Assembly (NCBI GenBank): GCA_977018835.1
Contig: OZ361256.1
Span: 1,116,001 to 1,180,000, forward strand
Length of the DNA stretch: 64,000 bases
Origin: Minutocellus sp. GHC0000111
Taxonomy: Eukaryota
Direction of reading: 5' to 3'
Part shown: positions 58,982 through 64,000 of the stretch, piece by piece
Numbering within the stretch: position 1 is the stretch's first letter
Layout: each line of letters starts with the position of its first letter
Notes under the pieces: model-generated
Told to the model about the DNA's origin: nothing
What the model saw: the letters and a program-made list of their open reading frames with translations, nothing else
Databases searched by the model: none
Position numbers and translations under genes: made by a program

Positions 58982-60793
58982 ATGGCATCGCAGAAATCGG
59001 GGGCCAAATCGCCGCCTCCGGGAGGCGAGCAGGGCGGGGGCAAACGGCAAAAGGCGTCGGCGGAAGCTGCGGCAGCGTCAAGCGCCAATGAGGGAGGTGC
59101 ACCGCCACAACCCCCGCATGGTCATCCTCCGCCGCCGGGCTATGGCTACGGACCGCCCCCTCATCACATGCCGGCCTATGGTGGGTATCCTCCGCCGGGA
59201 TACGGGCACGGGCCGCCGCCGCCCCATGGGCATCATTACCCCCCACCGCACGAAGGTATGGGGCAGCACATCTTCCGCGATGGAGCGGGAGGACCCGCCG
59301 GCGTTCCGCCGCCGTATGGATACCATCACGGCCCTCCGCCTCCTGGCATGCCGGGTGAAAATGGAGAAGCCAGCAACAATCCGTCACCTCGTAAAAAGAG
59401 TCCCAAGAACGGCAAGGGTGCCAAAGGCGGTAACAGTGGAAAGGGCGGTGCATCTGCGAAGAATAATAGTAAGAGCAATGCGCCCAGTGGTGGGGAGCAG
59501 AATGGCGGTGGTAGCAGCCGTGGTTCGACGCCCCCGCCGCCTCCCGGCTATCATCCCGCGTATCACGGCGGTCCGCCACCGGGATATCCCCGTGGAGGGG
59601 GACCCTACGGTGGGCCGCCGCCGCACGGCTACCCACCTCATGGCTATCCGCCTCATCATCCGCATGCTGGGTACGGTCCGCCCCCTCCTGGTCACAGTGG
59701 CAGACCACCGCATGATGGGCATGATGGACGTGGTGGCGGTGGTGGTGGTGATCCTCGGGCTTACGACGTTAGTGGTGGTCCTGGCGACGGTCCTGCTGGT
59801 GGTCCTGGTGCCGATCCAGCCCTCTGCCAGCCCATTGGCGGTGGTCCAGAGGGTGGTGACGATGAGCCCGCCGTGAGGATGCATTATCAAGGCGCGTATG
59901 GTGGACGTGGTAATCCTCACCATGGCAGTGGCTATCCTCGTGGAAGACCGCCCCCGGGGACTATGATGCATCCCGGTGATGCCATCGCCATGCTGGATGG
60001 GCACGATGCCTCGTCACTTTCCGAAGTGGGTGGAAGTGGTCCTCGTTCTTCTGGTGACCGTGGCAGTGGTTGCGGCGGTGGCGGTACATCGTCTGCATCT
60101 GTTGGAGGCGGGAGTACTGCTGCACCGGCTAGTTCCAGCAAGGGTGGAAGCAAAAGGTCCAAGGCGGATAGGGACAAATCCCGTGGCAGTTATCGCTGTG
60201 GCAAGGTGAGTTTTGGCGAAATCCACAATTTTCACCTCTCTTTTCGATATACATGTTGCTAATAATTTTAATTTGTTCGAACCTTGTCTTTATGCATGAT
60301 GCAGTGCGGAGTTCCGAAAAAGGGGCATGTGTGTCCTTATCAGCCAAAGTTGAAGCGCAGACCGGACGAACCGCCTCCGGAGACCAAGAATGCATCGACA
60401 CAGGTGGAGATGGACGAATTCCTGGTCCTGCGGAGGCTCAATCTGGAGATTCAGGGCTTTCCAGAGTCCTACGTAAGCGAACCAGATGCAATGGCAGACC
60501 TTTGTGCTGGTGAACCTCATCATCCACCGCCTCCAATGGCGGTTGGAATGCCACCTTCTCATCCTGGGGCTCCACCGATGGAGGCGGCGGCAGCGGCGTC
60601 TTCTGCCCCGGCGGCTCATCATGGACCAGCGGTGTCATTGGCTGTCGGTCCGGACGATCCAATGCCACCTGATGCTGCCTCCGCGGTGGGAAAGGATGAT
60701 GCTACTGATGCTAGTGGTAGCGCTACCGCTGGTACTACAACCAAAGCAACCACACCGTCTTCGGGTGATACAAAAAAGCAGGCCAAGAAGTAG
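58982..60793 (+). CDS. Pro/Gly/His-rich protein with a CxxC-x5-HxC zinc knuckle
   Basis: YRCGK|CGVPKKGHVC assembled across intron 60206-60304. Confidence 0.85.
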
Positions 60794-61305
60794 TAAGGAA
60801 AATGGCTCATATCTTGCTTGCGGTGCTTACTACGTAGTAACAAACATACCCCGGGTAAAAAGGGGCTTATCCCAGAGAGGGTTGGGAGGAGCCTCCTACG
60901 TACTTTACATTTTCAATCATTCATCCGTATCATACGCTCGCTGCCTCGATTCATACTGCACAGGTCAATCCATAGATATTTTTGGTCTGCATGCACTCAG
61001 CATAGTTGTGAAACTATGGAATCCAATCACCATGGTAAACTTTAAAATCACATTGAATTGGAATCAATCAATGCAGCTAGATTGGTTGCAGCTAGATTGG
61101 TTGCATTGCATCGATCGTACAGCAGCGCTACTATGCTATGCTGCGGACAAGGCCGATCGGTCAGGGGTACGGTCAGGTTGGTGAAAATAAATAAACCAAA
61201 TTTTTTAGACGTCGGGAACGGAAACGTCATCCAACCATCATCAATCATCCTATGATATCAAATCCAATTGCCATCCGCTCTACAGTCAATAGCTCATTAC
61301 ATGCC

Positions 61306-61881
61306 ATGTACTCCAACACCTCTCAACAATACTGGGAGGAACGAAACAAAAAGAAGAGTGGTATTTTGGGAAATAAGAAGGCACTGGTAGCAATCGGAAT
61401 ACTGGGCTGCTCCATCCTCGTTGGCGGAATCTTTGTTGGGAGAGCAAGATCGACATCCAAAAAGGCTCGAGAGGAGCTGGAACGAAATCGACGCCGTCTC
61501 AAGGTGACGGAAAGCCACAAGGTACAATGTGAGACGAACCTAGGGCCAATGCATAATGAGTGTTCCATGCTTTGCAACGAGGAGCGCAAATCCATTCCCC
61601 GTCCTACCATGTATCAATCATGTCTTACGGGATGCATGGGATCATTCCCCGTTGCTGCCTCCGTCGGTTGTAGACAGGGGAGCGAGGAGGATGCCTTTCA
61701 GAAGGCTGCCACTGTAAGTTCCGACCATTGTTCTACCTACTCTGGTACTTTGCCCAAGCCAGAGGTCCTATCGACGTGTCGCAAGGCCTTTCGCGAAGGC
61801 ACCAAGGCTGGTTGGAGGAGTGGTAAGCGGTATATGGAACATATTTTAGATGATGAAAGCTTGCACTTTGCTGCAAATTGA
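61306..61881 (+). CDS. Type II membrane Cys-rich hypothetical protein
   Basis: One TM helix; repeated PRP/PKP...C...C motifs. Confidence 0.75.
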   Translation: MYSNTSQQYWEERNKKKSGILGNKKALVAIGILGCSILVGGIFVGRARSTSKKAREELERNRRRLKVTESHKVQCETNLGPMHNECSMLCNEERKSIPRPTMYQSCLTGCMGSFPVAASVGCRQGSEEDAFQKAATVSSDHCSTYSGTLPKPEVLSTCRKAFREGTKAGWRSGKRYMEHILDDESLHFAAN

Positions 61882-62018
61882 CAGCTAGCTACGCTAGTAT
61901 ATCTGGGCACACTAGCTAGTAGGTAATTCGTCGAGTGCTACAGCTGTAACAAATTATAAATGGCAATACATGTAGCTGGCTTGAGATAATCCACTGAATA
62001 ATTCATTCATGTAATCCA

Positions 62019-64000
62019 TCAATTCATCAACCAACCTGGTGTTGAGGACGAGTTTACCAATCTCAGAGCATAGATCCAAGCAATGTTGGCAAACACGGCA
62101 CAGACAACCATCGCAAGGCCCTTGGCCTGAAATCGGAGCATATTTCTATTGATTTCGTGTCGAATAAGGGCGGCTTGTTCATTTTGTTCATCCTTGCTGT
62201 GGTGCTTGTTCATCAATGTTCCATCTCCGCGACAGCTGGAAAGAATTGTAAAGTGATTGGGATGCATTCGATGCCACAACAGCCTTGACAGGCCATTGAC
62301 AAAGCTTATCCGAGATGCATTGGTTATGCCATACCATGAGCGATAACACAACCTTGAGCCAAAGCGAGTGGAGGAACCATTCCACCGTACATCCGCATTC
62401 TCTTGTCGTTTGTCCCAGCACGTCCTGATTGGGTCCTTCGCAGGTAACATCGCAGTAGGGCATTGCATCGCATTGAAAGATTGAGTCCTTGATTTCCCAA
62501 GAAGAAGAAGAAGAAACGAATGCACTATCCTCCTCCTCCTCCTCCTCTTTAGACGCCGGCTTCATATCCACGTCGCAAGCAGATGCCAAAATGTATTCCG
62601 ACGGAGGTAAAAACGGAGCCGGTGGTTGTACGAGCTCGTTCATGGGGCATGTGCTGTTGGCAGAAACACCACCACTGGCAGCACCATGAGAAGAAGCATC
62701 ATCAGGACAGGAGGACGACTGATAATATGAATAGCCCTCGAGGTTGCAGCAAGTGTCATGAAAAGCGGCATCGAGGGCATCGACATCGATGCATCGCTTC
62801 ATCAGATCCATGTTGGAAGCCGTTATGTTGTGAGTGTCGAACAACGAAGCAAAGATGGTGGCATCATTTTGATACCTTGAGGCTGAGGGGGCATAGCGCG
62901 AGGCACAGATCTCTCCCCTATCGGCATCGAACCTATCCAAGCCCTCCAGGAGCTTCGTACTGCCGTCTTGGTAGGCGTGATTGTACGACAGCGATAGTAG
63001 GTTGCTAGTGAGGAAGGTCCCATTACTGTTGTCGTCGGACACACACCCGGCCATGTATTCTTGATACAGGGGGCTGTAGAGAGATACTGCAATCGATATT
63101 GCCCACCACATTGAGAAGACAAAGATTGCAAACCCCACGGCTGGATGAATCAATATCGTCACTAAATGTTGAATGGGTCCGGTGCCCAACATCTTTTTGG
63201 CATTCGACGATGCTGCTTCTTTGGCTGTTGAAATTTGCTTCCTGTTTCTACCACGGCTACTTGAGCTTCTCCTAGAGACTGCAACTCGCATATCTACTTC
63301 TGGCAATTCCAGATCACCGGCAACCCAATATTTGTAGAAAACACGCACGGTATTGTAGAGCCGATAAAGCAGATCAAATAGAAACAATACATCTCCAAAT
63401 GAATTCAATCGGAGGAACCATACGTCAAACTCAATCCCCGGTCGGATAAGCGACTTGAAGCTGATATCGACGTTGGATAACTTTGTCGGGATGCTCGAAA
63501 TGTTGAAGAAGGACGATACATCTCCCAGGATCTCGTCCTTGTTTTCGGACTGCGAAAGCTCTGAGAATGCATCTAGGGCCACCGCCGTTCTTTCCATGAA
63601 TACTTGGCTCCTTTTGGCATGCATCGTCTTTTCTTCATCCAAGCTGCTAAACTCGTTATTTGGCCCCCGATACGATGGAGGATTGTAATCTGCTGGAGTT
63701 ACGTTGGGCAAATTGAGAATCATGTCTTGCTCAAAGTCATTCCCCAGCGCTCTGGCACGTCGTACGACCTTGCCTTCTGCGCTTCCTAGCTGTATGCGAA
63801 AAAAATCCCACGACACCGATACTGAGTCCCATACATCGTCCAAGGTGGGGAGCTCGGTAAATGTAGGTGTCGATCCTGGAAAGTTAACGCCGAGGGGGAC
63901 AATATCTTCGACCTCAATATCCCACCAATCCGACTTGCCAAATCGACTGAACCAATCAGGTATGGCTCTCTTGACTCTCCGATAGAATCGCACAGCAGTC
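62019..64000 (-). CDS. Large multi-pass membrane hypothetical protein (3' part), frameshifted near 62330
   Basis: 601-aa frame with TM helices and Cys-rich loops. Protein-like sequence continues in the 62019 frame (GITNASRISFVNGLSRLLWHRMHP...TM). Confidence 0.7.

Noticed and set aside
61072..61105. 15-bp tandem duplication containing ATTGG, plus short repeats at 57949-57976 and 58527-58549
   Set aside because: Ordinary slippage repeats; no evidence of function.

Overview
Gene-dense, intron-containing eukaryotic DNA, almost certainly a diatom: it has ASAF-type plastid presequences, diatom-type PsbW, frustulin-like Cys domains and short GT-AG introns. About 28 host genes are present. Recognisable ones include an ABCB transporter, SWEET, PsbW, plastid dihydrolipoamide dehydrogenase, RING1, CDH1/FZR1, GPX and an RluA-family synthase. 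There is one degenerate Helitron-type element (about 23.8-29.65 kb) and two non-autonomous TIR elements. Highlights: (1) an ArsM/AS3MT-like selenoprotein (in-frame UGA at a conserved Cys plus a 3' SECIS-like hairpin) with no start of its own, joined in frame through a second UGA to a truncated S28 peptidase; (2) a Helitron Rep-helicase with an N-terminal ubiquitin-like LRGG exon, a shared ~40-bp palindromic motif in three introns, and a CpG/TpA-depleted 3' half; (3) chains of TA-flanked palindromes that look like stacked transposon excision footprints; (4) two homologous introns around a 22-nt micro-exon, absent from a nearby paralogue; (5) a pseudo-ppGalNAc-T/core-1 galactosyltransferase fusion; (6) about 10 host genes with disabling lesions of mixed types, meaning either a decaying haplotype or assembly error. 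All family calls come from motif recognition by eye; no searches were run.
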